Assembly (NCBI GenBank): GCA_009377745.1
Contig: WHTK01000003.1
Coordinates: 2,568-66,567, forward strand
Direction of reading: 5' to 3'
DNA from: Dehalococcoidia bacterium
GTDB taxonomy: Bacteria > Chloroflexota > Dehalococcoidia > DSTF01 > WHTK01
DNA: 64,000 nucleotides
Under the pieces are notes generated by a model. That model saw only the letters and a program-made list of their open reading frames with translations. It searched no databases and was not told where the DNA came from. Below are positions 45,347-57,182 of the stretch, one piece after another (within the stretch, counting starts at the first letter, position 1; every line of letters starts with the position of its first letter). Both the position numbers and the translations under genes were made by a program.

Positions 45347-45771
45347 CCGAGGCGTGCCTCTTCTGCGAGATCTTGGCGGGGAAGAAGCCGGCCAGCGTCG
45401 TCTACGAAGACGAGGGCGTCCTCGCGTTCCTGGACCTGCGACAGGTGACGCGCGGCCACAGCCTGGTGATCCCGAAGCGCCACGTTCGCGACATCTTCGA
45501 GCTGGATGATGAGACCGGCTGCGCCCTGTTCGCGGCGCTGAGCCGGCTGGCGAAGGCAACGAACGCGGCGCTGAAGCCGGACGGCATGTCGATCTGGCAA
45601 TCGAACGTGCAGCCGTGGCAGGAGGTGCTGCACCTGCACTTCCACATCATGCCGCGCCACCACGGCGACAACATCCTGAGGATCTATCCCCAACTGCCGG
45701 GCACGACGTCACGAGCAGAGCTGGACGAGCAGGCGGCGCTTATCCGTGACGCGCTGTCTGGCGTAAGCTAG
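45343..45771 (+). CDS. HIT-family hydrolase
   Basis: CLFCEI and the histidine triad HLHFHIMPR; ATGA overlap with the NUDIX gene. Confidence 0.8.
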   Translation: MTEACLFCEILAGKKPASVVYEDEGVLAFLDLRQVTRGHSLVIPKRHVRDIFELDDETGCALFAALSRLAKATNAALKPDGMSIWQSNVQPWQEVLHLHFHIMPRHHGDNILRIYPQLPGTTSRAELDEQAALIRDALSGVS

Positions 45772-45777
45772 GGCGCG

Positions 45778-47379
45778 ATGACTACATATGCGGACGTGGT
45801 GGCGGCGGTGCTGGCTGAGGCCGGCGTCGAGTACATATTTGGCGTGCCGGGAAGTCTGAGCTCGGTGGAGCTGATCGAAGCGGCGCGTAAGCGGGACATC
45901 CGCTACGTGCTCTGCAGCAACGAATCGAGCGCGGCCGTGATGGCCGGCGTCTACGCGATCATGCGCAATCGGCCGGGCGTCGTCTCCACGGGCGTGGGGC
46001 CGGGGGCGGTGGCGGCGGTGCATGGCGTCGCGAGCTGCCACCTGGAGCGAGCGCCGATCCTTGTCCTGACGGACCGCTACGGCGACACCGAGTTCCGGCG
46101 GCTGCCACGCCAACGTCTGGACCATGACCAGCTTTATAAGCCAATAACCAAGGGCACTTTCAAGCTGGCGACGGACTCGGCGGCGGTGACGATGCAGAGG
46201 GCGATCGATCTGGCGATGTCGGGGCGGCCGGGGCCTGTGCACGTCGACCTGCCGTACGACGTGATGCTGGCGGAGCCGCCGGAGTCGGACTTTGCAGCCT
46301 CGAATGGCAGCCGGCGTTACGTCGCCAGCGCCGGGCTGGACCATCCCGGGTTGCGGGCGGCGGCCGAAGCTATCGACGCGGCGCAGAGACCGGCCGTGAT
46401 CGTCGGGTTGCAGGTGAACCGGGCCGGCTCGGGCGCGGAGAAGGCGTTCGTCGAGTTCGCCGAGAAGCTGGGCGCTCCGGTTTTCGGGGCGGTATCGGCG
46501 AAAGGGACGCTGCCGGAGCAGCACCCGCTCTCGGTGGGGACGTTCCGCGGCGCGCCGGCGGAGCGAGCGCTGCTGGACCAGTCGGACCTGATCGTCCTGG
46601 TCGGCTATGACGTGGTGGAGCTATTCGCTCCGGGGGTTTGGAACTACCCGCAGCCGGTGGTGATGCTGGACGAGGTGCCGCACCTGGACGGGATGATCCG
46701 GCCGCAGATCGAGGTTGTCGCCGGGCTGGAGGACAGCCTCAAGGCGCTGACGCAGATCGTGCCGGCGGCATCGAAGTGGAACAAAGAGGACATCGAGGCC
46801 TACAAGCAGCAGCGGGCGCGGGCGTTGCATCCCAAGGGCGAGGGCCTGATGCCGGGCGCGGTGATCCGGCTGGCGCGGGAGCGCCTGGAAGACAACGGCA
46901 TCATGACCGTCGACGCGGGGTCACATAAGGTGCTGGCGACCGACATCTGGGAGACGCGGCGGCCACGTGGCTACCTGAGCTCCAGCGGCCTGGGGACGAT
47001 GGCGGTGGCGCTGCCGGCGGCGATCGCGGCCAAGATTGTCGAGCCGGAGACGCAGGTCGTCTGCCTGACCGGCGATGGCGGCTTCCTGATGCGGGCGGGC
47101 GACCTGGAGACGGCGGTGCGCGAGGGCACACCGATCGTCGTGGTGGTGTTCAATGATCGCTACCTGAACTTGATCAAGATCCAGCAGGACCGTCGCGGCT
47201 TCCAGCGTGAGGGCACGGCGTTCGCGGACATCGACTTGTCGGCGGTGGCGCGCGGCTTCGGGTTCGAGGCGCTACGGGTCGATAGCGAGGCGGCGCTGGA
47301 TACGGCGCTGGAGCAGGCGTTTGCCTCGGGGCGGCCGTGGCTAATCGAGGCGATGATCAATCCCGAGGGGTACGTGTAG
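45778..47379 (+). CDS. thiamine-pyrophosphate-dependent enzyme (acetolactate-synthase-like, non-ilvB paralog)
   Basis: N-terminal TPP-pyrimidine binding domain, then CLTGDGGFLM and NDRYLNLI TPP/Mg binding motifs. Confidence 0.7.
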   Translation: MTTYADVVAAVLAEAGVEYIFGVPGSLSSVELIEAARKRDIRYVLCSNESSAAVMAGVYAIMRNRPGVVSTGVGPGAVAAVHGVASCHLERAPILVLTDRYGDTEFRRLPRQRLDHDQLYKPITKGTFKLATDSAAVTMQRAIDLAMSGRPGPVHVDLPYDVMLAEPPESDFAASNGSRRYVASAGLDHPGLRAAAEAIDAAQRPAVIVGLQVNRAGSGAEKAFVEFAEKLGAPVFGAVSAKGTLPEQHPLSVGTFRGAPAERALLDQSDLIVLVGYDVVELFAPGVWNYPQPVVMLDEVPHLDGMIRPQIEVVAGLEDSLKALTQIVPAASKWNKEDIEAYKQQRARALHPKGEGLMPGAVIRLARERLEDNGIMTVDAGSHKVLATDIWETRRPRGYLSSSGLGTMAVALPAAIAAKIVEPETQVVCLTGDGGFLMRAGDLETAVREGTPIVVVVFNDRYLNLIKIQQDRRGFQREGTAFADIDLSAVARGFGFEALRVDSEAALDTALEQAFASGRPWLIEAMINPEGYV

Positions 47380-47462
47380 CGGCCGAACCTCGGAAGGCGT
47401 CTGGGCCATCTCTCAGTGAGGCTGTGTATTGGATTTCGGGCGTGTGATCACCCTCACCCTAC

Positions 47463-47485
47463 CCTCTCCCTCCGAGGGAGAGGGA
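47463..47485 (+). terminator. GC-rich hairpin downstream of the TPP-enzyme gene (terminator-like, no U-tract)
   Basis: CCCTCTCCCTC-CGA-GGGAGAGGG palindrome about 85 nt after the stop. Confidence 0.25.
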
Positions 47486-47552
47486 CCGTTAGGCTCGTAT
47501 AAGAGCGTGTTGTGAGCGGATGCAAGCATGAGAGCGGCGTTTTAAGTGAATT

Positions 47553-47963
47553 GTGATGGATGAGATAACGACTTACATCGATTCGCTGGAGGAGCCGCGG
47601 CGGGGGCAAATGCGCCGCATGCACGAGGCGATCGTCAGGGCGGCGCCGCAGATCGACATGAAGCTGTGGGATTACAGCGGCAAGCTGATCGGTTACGGGA
47701 CTTATCACTACAAGAACAAGACGACCGAGGGGGATTGGTTCAGCCTGGGTCTAGCGAATCGGAAGAGCTACATCTCGCGCTACTCAATGGGGCTTCGGGA
47801 CGGCAAACACCTGGTCGAGGTGTACGCGCAGCGGCTGCCGGGCGTGAAGACGGGCAGCAGCTGCCTCAATATCACAAAGCCGGAGCAGGTCAGCGATGGG
47901 CTGATTGAAGAGCTGGCGCGCGAGACGTACGAGCTTTTCAAGGAGCAACTTGCGCCCAGGTAG
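47553..47963 (+). CDS. DUF1801 (YdhG-like) domain protein
   Basis: 136 aa; EEPRRGQMRRMHEAI......KLWDYSGKLIGYG pattern. Confidence 0.5.
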   Translation: MMDEITTYIDSLEEPRRGQMRRMHEAIVRAAPQIDMKLWDYSGKLIGYGTYHYKNKTTEGDWFSLGLANRKSYISRYSMGLRDGKHLVEVYAQRLPGVKTGSSCLNITKPEQVSDGLIEELARETYELFKEQLAPR

Positions 47964-48126
47964 GGCAGCGCCTCCCCTTGAGGCCACATGACGTTAATCA
48001 AAGACCGGGATACAGCTTAAGCAGCGTCAAAGGTTGCCACGCCCCGGCTGCGGGCCGATGGCTCGCAACGACGGTAGGAGCCTCGATCCTCTTTTCCCGG
48101 CTCTCGGTGGCTCGCAATGACAGGCG

Positions 48127-49423
48127 CTAGGCGAGGACGGGGACGGGCGCGCGGCGGCGAGGGGCTTTGAGCACGGCAAAGATGACGGCGCCGATGACCC
48201 ACATGACGGCGAAGATCCAGAGCACGATCGAGTAGCTGCCGGTCTGGTCCCAGATGATGCCGGCCAGCAGCGGCGTGGTCATCTGGCCCCAGCCGTAGAA
48301 GAAGCTCATCGAGCCGCGGATCGTGGCGAACTGACTGCGGCCGAAGTAATCGCCGATCATGGCCCAGTTGAGGGCCGGATTGCTCTCTACCCAGGCGAAG
48401 ACGATGAGGAAGACGAAGAGCGCCAGGTAGCCGTGGGTGTAGTTGAGAAAGACTAGGCTGACAGCGCCGACGCCGAGGGTGACTGAAAGCAGCGTCGCCT
48501 TGGAGTAGCGGTCGCCGATGCTGCCCATGAAGATGCGCAGCGGCACGCTGATCAGCGCGAAGACGCCAAGCAGGCCGGCGGCGGTAGTCTCGTTAACGTC
48601 TTTCCAGACCATGATGGCGACGAAGTGGACCGTGATGGCGCTGCCAATGGTGATGCGCATGGTCGTCGCCAGGAGGAACCACCAGAAGGTCGAGGTGCGC
48701 ATCGCCTCTTTGACCGTGAAGTCCTGGCCGGCGGCTGGACGGACGATGGTAGTCGCGCCGGCGTCTGTTGGCAACGGCGGTGGGGCGTCATCGCCGTCCG
48801 GGAGGAGTCCCACGGACTCGGGGGAGCGGCGGACGATGAGCAGGACGGGCGAGAGCAGGACGAGGATGCCGGCGCCGGCGAAGACAGCAGCCGTGCGCCA
48901 ACCGAGCAGGGCGACGGCGACGCCGAGGAGCGGCGCGATGATCGCGCCACCCAGCGGGAAAGCGGAGGTGGCGAGGGCCATGGCGACGCTGCGGCGGCGG
49001 ATGAACCAGCTGTTGACGAGCGCCAGGGTGGCGTGGCTGAAGCCGCAGTTGAAGCCGAGCGAGATGACGCAGAGGTAGATCAGCAAGACGGCGATATAGG
49101 AATCCGCCGTCGCGAGCAGGAAGTAGCCGGCGGCCATGACCGTGGCTCCGATAGCGATCATGCGCCGCGCCGCCGAAGCGGTCGATGAGGTAGCCGGCGA
49201 GGGGGCCTTCGATGGCGCCCTCGGCGCGGGAGAGGGAGAAGATCAGGGAGGCGGAGGCTGAGCTGATGCCGAGGGAATCACGCAGGGGCAGGAAGAAGAC
49301 GCTGAAGCCATAGGAGAAGATGCCGCCGCCGAGGGCGTTGACCATCATGGCGCCGGCGAGGACCTTCCAGCCGTAGAAGACGGTGGACCGGGCGCGCCAG
49401 GCGCGGGCCGGGCTGAACTCCAA
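48127..49423 (-). pseudogene. MFS transporter (oxalate/formate-antiporter-like) interrupted by a frameshift near 49165-49190
   Basis: N-terminal 211-aa ORF (WKVLAGAMMVNALGGGIFSYGFSVF...GYLIDRFGG) runs out of frame. A second overlapping ORF (MIAIGATVMAAGYFLLA...) continues the same MFS fold. Confidence 0.5.
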
Positions 49424-49518
49424 CTAGGCGTCCGCTCGCATGCTGGTCGGAGTATAGGAGGCGGTGGGGGTTGGGGCGAGGTGGGCCATAAGCTAGGGGA
49501 GGCATTGCGCCCGGCGGA

Positions 49519-49549
49519 TACAAGAAAGGGCCGGTCGCAAGACCGGCCC
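49519..49549 (-). terminator. intrinsic terminator after the minus-strand leu/methyltransferase operon
   Basis: GGGCCGGTC-GCAA-GACCGGCCC followed on the minus strand by TTTCTTGTAT, about 25 nt past the 49573 stop. Confidence 0.45.
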
Positions 49550-49572
49550 TTCGTGTTTCTGTGGCTACGGGG

Positions 49573-50415
49573 CTATTCAGCCCAGATGCAGAGGGTGTTG
49601 GCGTTGTAGACGACGCGGTTGCCGATATCGATCTTCTTTGCTTCTTCCAGGACGAGCTCTTTGACCTTGGCGCGATCGGCTTCACTCATGCTGTCCAGCC
49701 GCTTACGAAGGGGCGCGGCTACGTCTGTGACAAAGGACCAGTAGTGTTCGGGGCCATCGAACTCGTAGGGGAAGGCACGGCCTTCGATCTCCCATCTTTC
49801 GAAGCCGGCGCCCTGGAGGAGTTGAGCCAGCTCTGCCTGGTCGCAGAGGCGGAAGATGCCGGGCGCCTTGGGGTCAGGCGGCGGGCCGGGCGCGACCTGA
49901 TTCATGATGCCTATGACCTGCGAAAGCCACTTGTTCTCTTCGGGCTTGTCCCAGACCACAAAGGAAAGGCGGCCACCGCGCTTCAGCACCCGCTTGGCCT
50001 CTGAGAAGGCCTTTGGCAAATCCGGGCAGAACATGAAGCCAAAGCGGGAGGTAACGGCATCGTAGGTGCCGGGCTCGTAGTTGAGGTCTTCCATGTCGCC
50101 GAGGACGGGCTCGACGTTGTCGAGGCCGTTGCGCTTGGCCTTGCGGGCGACGACGGCGATCATGTCGGGGGCGATGTCGAGGGCGGTGACCATGCCGCCG
50201 GGCTTGATGTGCTTGGCGGCCGTGATTGCGGGCTGGCCGCTACCGGAGGCGAGATCGAGGACGGTCTTGCCCGGGGCGAGCTTGGCGCCCTGGCAGATCC
50301 ACTCGTTAATGTGCTGTGAGGAGTCGGAGAGGAATTGGTCCCATTTGTCCCAGGCGTCGGCGACTGAGTTCCAGTCGGCGCGCTGCATTTCCTTGATCTC
50401 GTCGTCGGTCGGCAC
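49573..50415 (-). CDS. class I SAM-dependent methyltransferase (UbiE/COQ5-like)
   Basis: VLDLASGSGQPAITAA glycine-rich motif I. Confidence 0.7.
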   Translation of the reverse strand: MPTDDEIKEMQRADWNSVADAWDKWDQFLSDSSQHINEWICQGAKLAPGKTVLDLASGSGQPAITAAKHIKPGGMVTALDIAPDMIAVVARKAKRNGLDNVEPVLGDMEDLNYEPGTYDAVTSRFGFMFCPDLPKAFSEAKRVLKRGGRLSFVVWDKPEENKWLSQVIGIMNQVAPGPPPDPKAPGIFRLCDQAELAQLLQGAGFERWEIEGRAFPYEFDGPEHYWSFVTDVAAPLRKRLDSMSEADRAKVKELVLEEAKKIDIGNRVVYNANTLCIWAE

Positions 50416-50448
50416 GCGATTCTCCTTTTCAGTCCAGGGCGGCGGGGT

Positions 50449-51051
50449 CTAGGCAGTGACCTTGGTGCGAGGCAGGAAGTCCGGGCGCTGCGCCTCGAAG
50501 GCGGAAATGTCGGCTTCGTGCTGAAGAGTGAGGCTGATATCGTCGAGGCCGTTGAGCAGGCAGTGCTTCACGAAGGGGTCGACATCAAAATTGAGCGACC
50601 AGGACTCACCGGCGACGGAGACGCTCTGGGACTCGAGGTCGACGATGACCTGAGTGTTGGGGTTGGCCTCGGCGCGCTTGAGGAGGATATCGACCTCGTC
50701 CTGAGGCAGGGGGACGAGGAGCAGGCCGATCTTGGCGCAGTTGTTGCGGAAGATATCGGCGAAGGAGGGGGCGATGACGGCGCGAAAGCCGTAGTCCTGC
50801 AGGGCCCAGGGCGCGTGCTCACGCGAGGAGCCGCAGCCGAAGTTGGGGCCTGAGATCAGGACCTGGGCGCCGGCATAGCGCGGGTCATTGAGGACAAACG
50901 ACTCGTCCTTGCGCCAGCTATCGAAGAGGAAGCGGCCGAAGCCGGTGCGCTCGACCAGCTTGAGGTACTTGGCCGGGATGATCTGGTCGGTATCGACGTC
51001 GGCGCGGTTGAGGGGGAGAGCCACTCCCTGGATGCGAGTTACGGGGTCCAT
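50449..51051 (-). CDS. leuD: 3-isopropylmalate dehydratase small subunit
   Basis: [29 protein letters not shown]. Confidence 0.9.
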   Translation of the reverse strand: MDPVTRIQGVALPLNRADVDTDQIIPAKYLKLVERTGFGRFLFDSWRKDESFVLNDPRYAGAQVLISGPNFGCGSSREHAPWALQDYGFRAVIAPSFADIFRNNCAKIGLLLVPLPQDEVDILLKRAEANPNTQVIVDLESQSVSVAGESWSLNFDVDPFVKHCLLNGLDDISLTLQHEADISAFEAQRPDFLPRTKVTA

Positions 51052-52464
51052 CTAGTTGCGCCTCCAGCCGCGAATATCGACGAAGTGGCCGTTGATGGCG
51101 GCGGCGGCGGCCATCTGCGGGCTAACGAGATGGGTGCGGCCGCCGGGGCCCTGCCGGCCTTCGAAGTTGCGGTTCGAGGTCGAGGCGCAGCGCTCGCCGG
51201 CGAGGAGGAAGTCTGGGTTCATGCCGAGGCACATCGAGCAGCCGGCGTCGCGCCACTCAAAGCCGGCTTCGAGGAAGATCTGGTCGAGGCCTTCGGCTTC
51301 GGCCTGAGCCTTAACGAGGCCGGAGCCGGGTACGACCATGGCGCTAACCTTGGGCGAGACCTTGTAGCCGCGGACGACCGAGGCGGCGGAGCGCAGGTCT
51401 TCGATGCGGGAGTTGGTGCAGGAGCCGATGAAGACGCGGTCAAGGCTGATGTCCTCGATGGCCGTGTTGGGCTGGAGGTCCATGTAGCGCAGGGAGCGCC
51501 AGCCAAGCTCGCGGGCTCCGGGGTCGGCAAAGCTGTCCGGGTCCGGGACGTGGCCGGTGACGTTAACGCTCTGGGCAGGTGTGGTGCCCCAGGTAACGCT
51601 GGGCTCAATGTCCTCGGCGCGGAGGCTGACAGTCTTGTCGAATTTGGCCGCGTCATCGGTGGGAAGGGAGCGCCAGTAGTCGAGGGCGCGCTCCCAGTCC
51701 TGGCCCTTGGGGGCGAAGGGACGGCCTTCGAGGTAAGCAAAGGTCTTATCGTCCGGCGCGACCAGGCCGGCGCGGGCGCCACCCTCGATCGACATATTGC
51801 AGACCGTCATGCGGCCCTCCATCGAGAGGGAGCGGATGGTGTCGCCGCGGTACTCGATGACATGGCCGATGCCGCCGGAGACGCCGATGGTGCGGATGAT
51901 CGAGAGGATGACGTCCTTGGCGACCACGCCCTGAGCCAGCTCTCCGTTGACCTCGACGGCCATCGTCTTGGGGCGCGCCTGGGGCAGCGTCTGAGTGGCG
52001 AGGACGTGTTCGACCTCCGAGGTGCCGATGCCGATGGCGAGAGCGCCGAGAGCGCCGTGGGTCGCCGTGTGGCTATCGCCGCAGACGATGGTGAGGCCGG
52101 GCTGCGTCAAGCCCTGCTCCGGGCCGATGACGTGGACGATGCCCTGCCGGACATCGTTGACGCCGAAGTAGGTCAGGTCGAACTGACCGACGTTGGCATC
52201 GAGGACATCGACCTGCTGGATCGAAAGAGGGTCGGGCCAGGGCTTGTCGCGGTCAGCGGTGGGGACGTTGTGGTCGGCGGTCGCGATCGTGAGGTCGGGT
52301 CGGCGGACCTTGCGGCCGGCCATGCGTAGGGCCTCGAACGCCTGCGCGGAGGTCACCTCATGGACGAGGTGGAGATCGACATAGAGAAGATCGGGCTGGC
52401 CGGCCTCGCTATGGACGACATGGGCATCCCAGATCTTTTCAGATAGGGTTTTGGGGTCAGACAT
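51052..52464 (-). CDS. leuC: 3-isopropylmalate dehydratase large subunit
   Basis: Aconitase-family; [33 protein letters not shown]. Confidence 0.9.
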   Translation of the reverse strand: MSDPKTLSEKIWDAHVVHSEAGQPDLLYVDLHLVHEVTSAQAFEALRMAGRKVRRPDLTIATADHNVPTADRDKPWPDPLSIQQVDVLDANVGQFDLTYFGVNDVRQGIVHVIGPEQGLTQPGLTIVCGDSHTATHGALGALAIGIGTSEVEHVLATQTLPQARPKTMAVEVNGELAQGVVAKDVILSIIRTIGVSGGIGHVIEYRGDTIRSLSMEGRMTVCNMSIEGGARAGLVAPDDKTFAYLEGRPFAPKGQDWERALDYWRSLPTDDAAKFDKTVSLRAEDIEPSVTWGTTPAQSVNVTGHVPDPDSFADPGARELGWRSLRYMDLQPNTAIEDISLDRVFIGSCTNSRIEDLRSAASVVRGYKVSPKVSAMVVPGSGLVKAQAEAEGLDQIFLEAGFEWRDAGCSMCLGMNPDFLLAGERCASTSNRNFEGRQGPGGRTHLVSPQMAAAAAINGHFVDIRGWRRN

Positions 52465-52503
52465 TAGTCCTGCTCTCCAGATAGTCGCGGGGCCTTCGGC
52501 AGC

Positions 52504-52929
52504 TTATACCGCGGCGGCAAGATCGTCCAGACAGACGAACCGAATATCGTTCAGTCTGCGCCATTCGCCGTCGTTGCCCACGATGGCCTCGCACTCAGTT
52601 TCGATGGCGGTCGCGATGATTATAGCGTCCGCCAGGGCTAGACGCTTGCCGTTGGTATAGGAGCCGGCGCGTAGCTGAGCCGCGCGTCGGCCAATACGGC
52701 GATCGACGCCGGCGACGTAGATACCGTTCTCAGACAGGAGATCACCGACACGCTCAACGGCCGCGGCATTGCCATCCCTGTAGGGACGGACAAGAAGCTC
52801 CGCCTCCGTAATCGCCGAGACGATGAAGGCAGCCTCTCCCTTCTGCACCCGCTGAAAAAGCGGCAGCAGGAGGGAGAAGTAAGGCTCCAAGGCAGAGAGA
52901 AAGTAGATGTAGGCGTTCGTGTCCAGCAG
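52504..52929 (-). CDS. vapC: PIN-domain ribonuclease toxin (VapC-like); start codon unclear
   Basis: LLLDTNAYIYFL...TEAEL...LADAIIIATAIE is a PIN fold. The N-terminal LLLDTNAY lies upstream of the tool's TTG start. No ATG/GTG/TTG occurs between the in-frame TAG at about 52983 and that motif. Confidence 0.55.
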   Translation of the reverse strand: MLDTNAYIYFLSALEPYFSLLLPLFQRVQKGEAAFIVSAITEAELLVRPYRDGNAAAVERVGDLLSENGIYVAGVDRRIGRRAAQLRAGSYTNGKRLALADAIIIATAIETECEAIVGNDGEWRRLNDIRFVCLDDLAAAV

Positions 52930-52939
52930 AAGCTGACGG

Positions 52940-53227
52940 CTACCGCTGAGGATCAGGTTTGTGACCAGCCCACGCCCCCTCTATGGCCTCGTCACGATCT
53001 GGATCATCACGCAGGTCACGGATACCAGCGTCAATCTCCTCACGCGTGGCGCCGTAAACGCCCACCAGACTACCAGCATGGTAGCTAACCCAATCCCGCG
53101 GACGAGCCCGCAGGACCAGACGCCCACCCTCACGAGTGATAGCCAGACGGTCCCCGGCGGTCAGACCCAGCTCACGCAGGAGGTGAGCCGGCAGCGTGAT
53201 TTGGTTTTTTGTGCTTATGGTAGTCAT
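52940..53227 (-). CDS. vapB: AbrB/MazE/SpoVT-type antitoxin (VapB-like)
   Basis: MTTISTKNQITLPAHLLRELGLTAGDRLAI swapped-hairpin motif. The end overlaps the vapC N-terminus in a different frame. Confidence 0.55.
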   Translation of the reverse strand: MTTISTKNQITLPAHLLRELGLTAGDRLAITREGGRLVLRARPRDWVSYHAGSLVGVYGATREEIDAGIRDLRDDPDRDEAIEGAWAGHKPDPQR

Positions 53228-53323
53228 GGCCACCTCATCCTGGCGGTCCGTGAAATAGAGCGCAGCCGCCTCTGATACTTTACGTTGAGGAGAATGCTTT
53301 GTCAAGTCAGTCATTGCTTTACC

Positions 53324-54871
<1,548 letters not shown>

Positions 54872-55042
54872 TTCAGACTCCTTGAATAGCGAATTACGTC
54901 CGTGCCGCCATCAGGGGCCGGCGGCGTGGGCTGGAGCGGCCCTCCCCCGAAACGAGTCGGGGAGGGCCGTAGGAGTCTGAGAAAGGCCTTTACTATCGTT
55001 GTCATAGTTATTTCATGTCACCTAGAAGGAATTGCGGCTCAT

Positions 55043-55612
55043 CTACTGAGTCCGGAACGTCTTCACCATTTCGAGGAAGACGGGCATGAAAGCATCCCTG
55101 TTGCCTTGAGGGACGGTCAGCGTGATGGCCCAGCCGCAGGCGCCCTTGCTGAGGAACACGGACGCGTGGTCGCGGACGCCGTTGGTGTAGGTGCCGCTAT
55201 AGAACACCAGGCGTCCTTCACCGGCAGCGGTTGTGGCGGCGCGTTCGGCCGTGATGGTGGCGCCCTGCATCTCCTGACGCACCAGGTCCTGGGTGGTGCC
55301 GCTGGGCGGCAGGGGCCGGCAGAGCAGCGTGACGTTGGGCGAGGCGCCATCAATCAGGTTGGGTGAATTGAAAGCGTCGAAGGTGACGCCAGGCTGGAAG
55401 ACCACGTCCTGGCTCACTGCCCAGGAGGTTGGGTAGCCGATGGCGTAGCCGCTCGTCATCGAGCAGAACTCGCTCAGGGCCTCAATCTGAGGCGTGGGAC
55501 TGGCAGCGGGCGTCGCGGTGGCGGCCGGCGAACCGGGGACAGTGTCTTCGCCGGAGCAGGCGAGAGTCAGGGCGGCAACTGCTACCGCGATCAGACGCCA
55601 AAACACGTTCAT
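55043..55612 (-). CDS. lipoprotein, unknown function
   Basis: Lipobox LTLACSG after the signal peptide. Confidence 0.5.
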   Translation of the reverse strand: MNVFWRLIAVAVAALTLACSGEDTVPGSPAATATPAASPTPQIEALSEFCSMTSGYAIGYPTSWAVSQDVVFQPGVTFDAFNSPNLIDGASPNVTLLCRPLPPSGTTQDLVRQEMQGATITAERAATTAAGEGRLVFYSGTYTNGVRDHASVFLSKGACGWAITLTVPQGNRDAFMPVFLEMVKTFRTQ

Positions 55613-55616
55613 CTGC

Positions 55617-56351
55617 CTACTCCCGGCTGGCCGGAATGACCTCCGGCACGCCGAGCGCGAGCCAGCAGAGACGCTGCTGCACCTCGCGGGTATGGAAGCG
55701 CTGGTGGTTGATGATGCGTCGCAGGACCTTGCGGGCCGACCAGCCGGCCTCGCCGCGGGGGCCCTGGCGGGTCACGACGTTGCCGCTGGCTGCCAGGTCT
55801 AGAGCGGCGAAGTGGGCCAGGCTGGCGGCGCGGGCGGCCACGAAGCCGGCTACGGCCGAAGGGCCTGAAGGCGCGGGCTCGATGATGTTGCGCAGGAAGT
55901 GGGTCTCGGCGCCGGCGGCGTGCTCCAGCATCTCGCGGATGGTGCGGGGGTCCGGCACGCGCTCGTCGGCTCTGACGGAAGTGCCGGGCGGCCGCCATTC
56001 GAGGAGGCGCTGAGGCAGGGGCTCCGAGATGGCGATGATGTCGGCCAGGCTGTAGCCCATGCGGCGGATGGCAGTATCGACCTCGTCGCGGGTTAGAGGC
56101 TCGGCGTCGGCGGCGAAGCAGAACTCACCGTTGGACTCGACCTCCTCGATAACTTCGAAGTCGAAGCTGTCAGGGTCGGGTACGGATTCGTCGTGGCCTT
56201 TGAGCCAGGCGAGATGTTCGGCGATGGCGACGGGCAGGAGGTCGACCGCCTCGGCGACGCTGAGGCCGATGGCGCGGCAGCCGGGCAGGTCGAAGACCCA
56301 GCCGTCGATGGCGCCGTCGCGGAGGGTGAGGCCGACGCGGTAGGTCGTCAT
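55617..56351 (-). CDS. HicB-like N-terminal fold fused to DinB/YfiT-like (DinB_2) domain protein
   Basis: N-terminal TYRVGLT...DGWVFDLPGCRAIGLSVAEAV (UPF0150/HicB-like). C-terminal H...HQRFHTREV metal-binding histidines. Confidence 0.45.
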   Translation of the reverse strand: MTTYRVGLTLRDGAIDGWVFDLPGCRAIGLSVAEAVDLLPVAIAEHLAWLKGHDESVPDPDSFDFEVIEEVESNGEFCFAADAEPLTRDEVDTAIRRMGYSLADIIAISEPLPQRLLEWRPPGTSVRADERVPDPRTIREMLEHAAGAETHFLRNIIEPAPSGPSAVAGFVAARAASLAHFAALDLAASGNVVTRQGPRGEAGWSARKVLRRIINHQRFHTREVQQRLCWLALGVPEVIPASRE

Positions 56352-56413
56352 GAGGTGGCTCTACCCTCTGTCGAGAGGACGGTCTGCGCGTCCTGCGCCC
56401 CGACGCGTCGGGG

Positions 56414-56500
56414 CTTGTGCGCTCCGCCCTTTTTAAAACTCGATTGACCTGAGGGGACACCCCTCATACTCGCGCATGGGCCGCGCCCCTGCGGACCCTG
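56414..56500 (+). repeat. R2 repeat copy 1 (about 90 bp, internal TGAGGGGACACCCCTCA palindrome)
   Basis: Near-identical to 61194-61286; lies between the ilvN stop and the DinB-like start. Confidence 0.45.
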
Positions 56501-56604
56501 CTTTGGCATCCGCGAAGCAATGGAGGCGTCGTCCCAGCGGCGGGCGAGGAAGACGCGCCGACGGGAGGAGTGGCGTTGTTGGATGGCGAGGCTGCTGCGT
56601 TGGG

Positions 56605-57180
56605 TCATAGGAGGCTGCCTACCTGGGCTTTGCCTTCGCCGGCGGAGCGGTAGCGGCGGTGGGTGATGTCGGCGTGGTCGGCGCCGACGCCGCCGCGGGT
56701 CATGGCGATGCGGCCGGTGCGGACGAGCTCGCGGACGCCGTAGGGCAGGAGCAGCTCGTAGATGGCCTCGATTTTGTCCTCGGTGCCGGTGAGCTCGAGG
56801 ATCAGGGAATCGATGGCGACATCGATGACGCTGGCGCGAAAGATCGAGGCGATCTCGAGGATGGCGCCGCGGGTCTCGGCGTTGGCGGTGACGCGGATCA
56901 ACGCCAGCTCACGCGCGACGACGTCTTCGCCGGTGATGTCTTCGATCTTGACCACCTCGATGACCTTGAAGACCTGCTTGGTCACCTGGTCGACGTCATG
57001 GGTGGCGCCGTCGACGGTGAAGGTCATGCGGGAGAGGCCGGCGATCTCAGAGTGGCCGACGGCGAGCGACTCGATGTTGAAGCCGCGCTGTCGCCACTTG
57101 GAGGCGATGCGGTTGAGGACGCCGGGCTTGTCTTCGACGAGGGCGACGATGGTGTGGTGCTGAGAACGAGATGCCACCAT
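56605..57180 (-). CDS. ilvN: acetolactate synthase small (regulatory) subunit
   Basis: ACT domain HTIVALVEDKPGVLNRIASKWRQRGFNIESL. Confidence 0.85.
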   Translation of the reverse strand: MVASRSQHHTIVALVEDKPGVLNRIASKWRQRGFNIESLAVGHSEIAGLSRMTFTVDGATHDVDQVTKQVFKVIEVVKIEDITGEDVVARELALIRVTANAETRGAILEIASIFRASVIDVAIDSLILELTGTEDKIEAIYELLLPYGVRELVRTGRIAMTRGGVGADHADITHRRYRSAGEGKAQVGSLL

Positions 57181-57182
57181 GA

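Noticed and set aside
51085-52329. 414-aa plus-strand ORF antisense to leuC
   Set aside because: Antisense artifact.
56441-56470. TTGACC-17-TACTCG promoter-like pattern inside repeat R2
   Set aside because: The spacer is the palindrome itself. The second R2 copy lacks the -35. It is probably a coincidental part of the repeat rather than a promoter.
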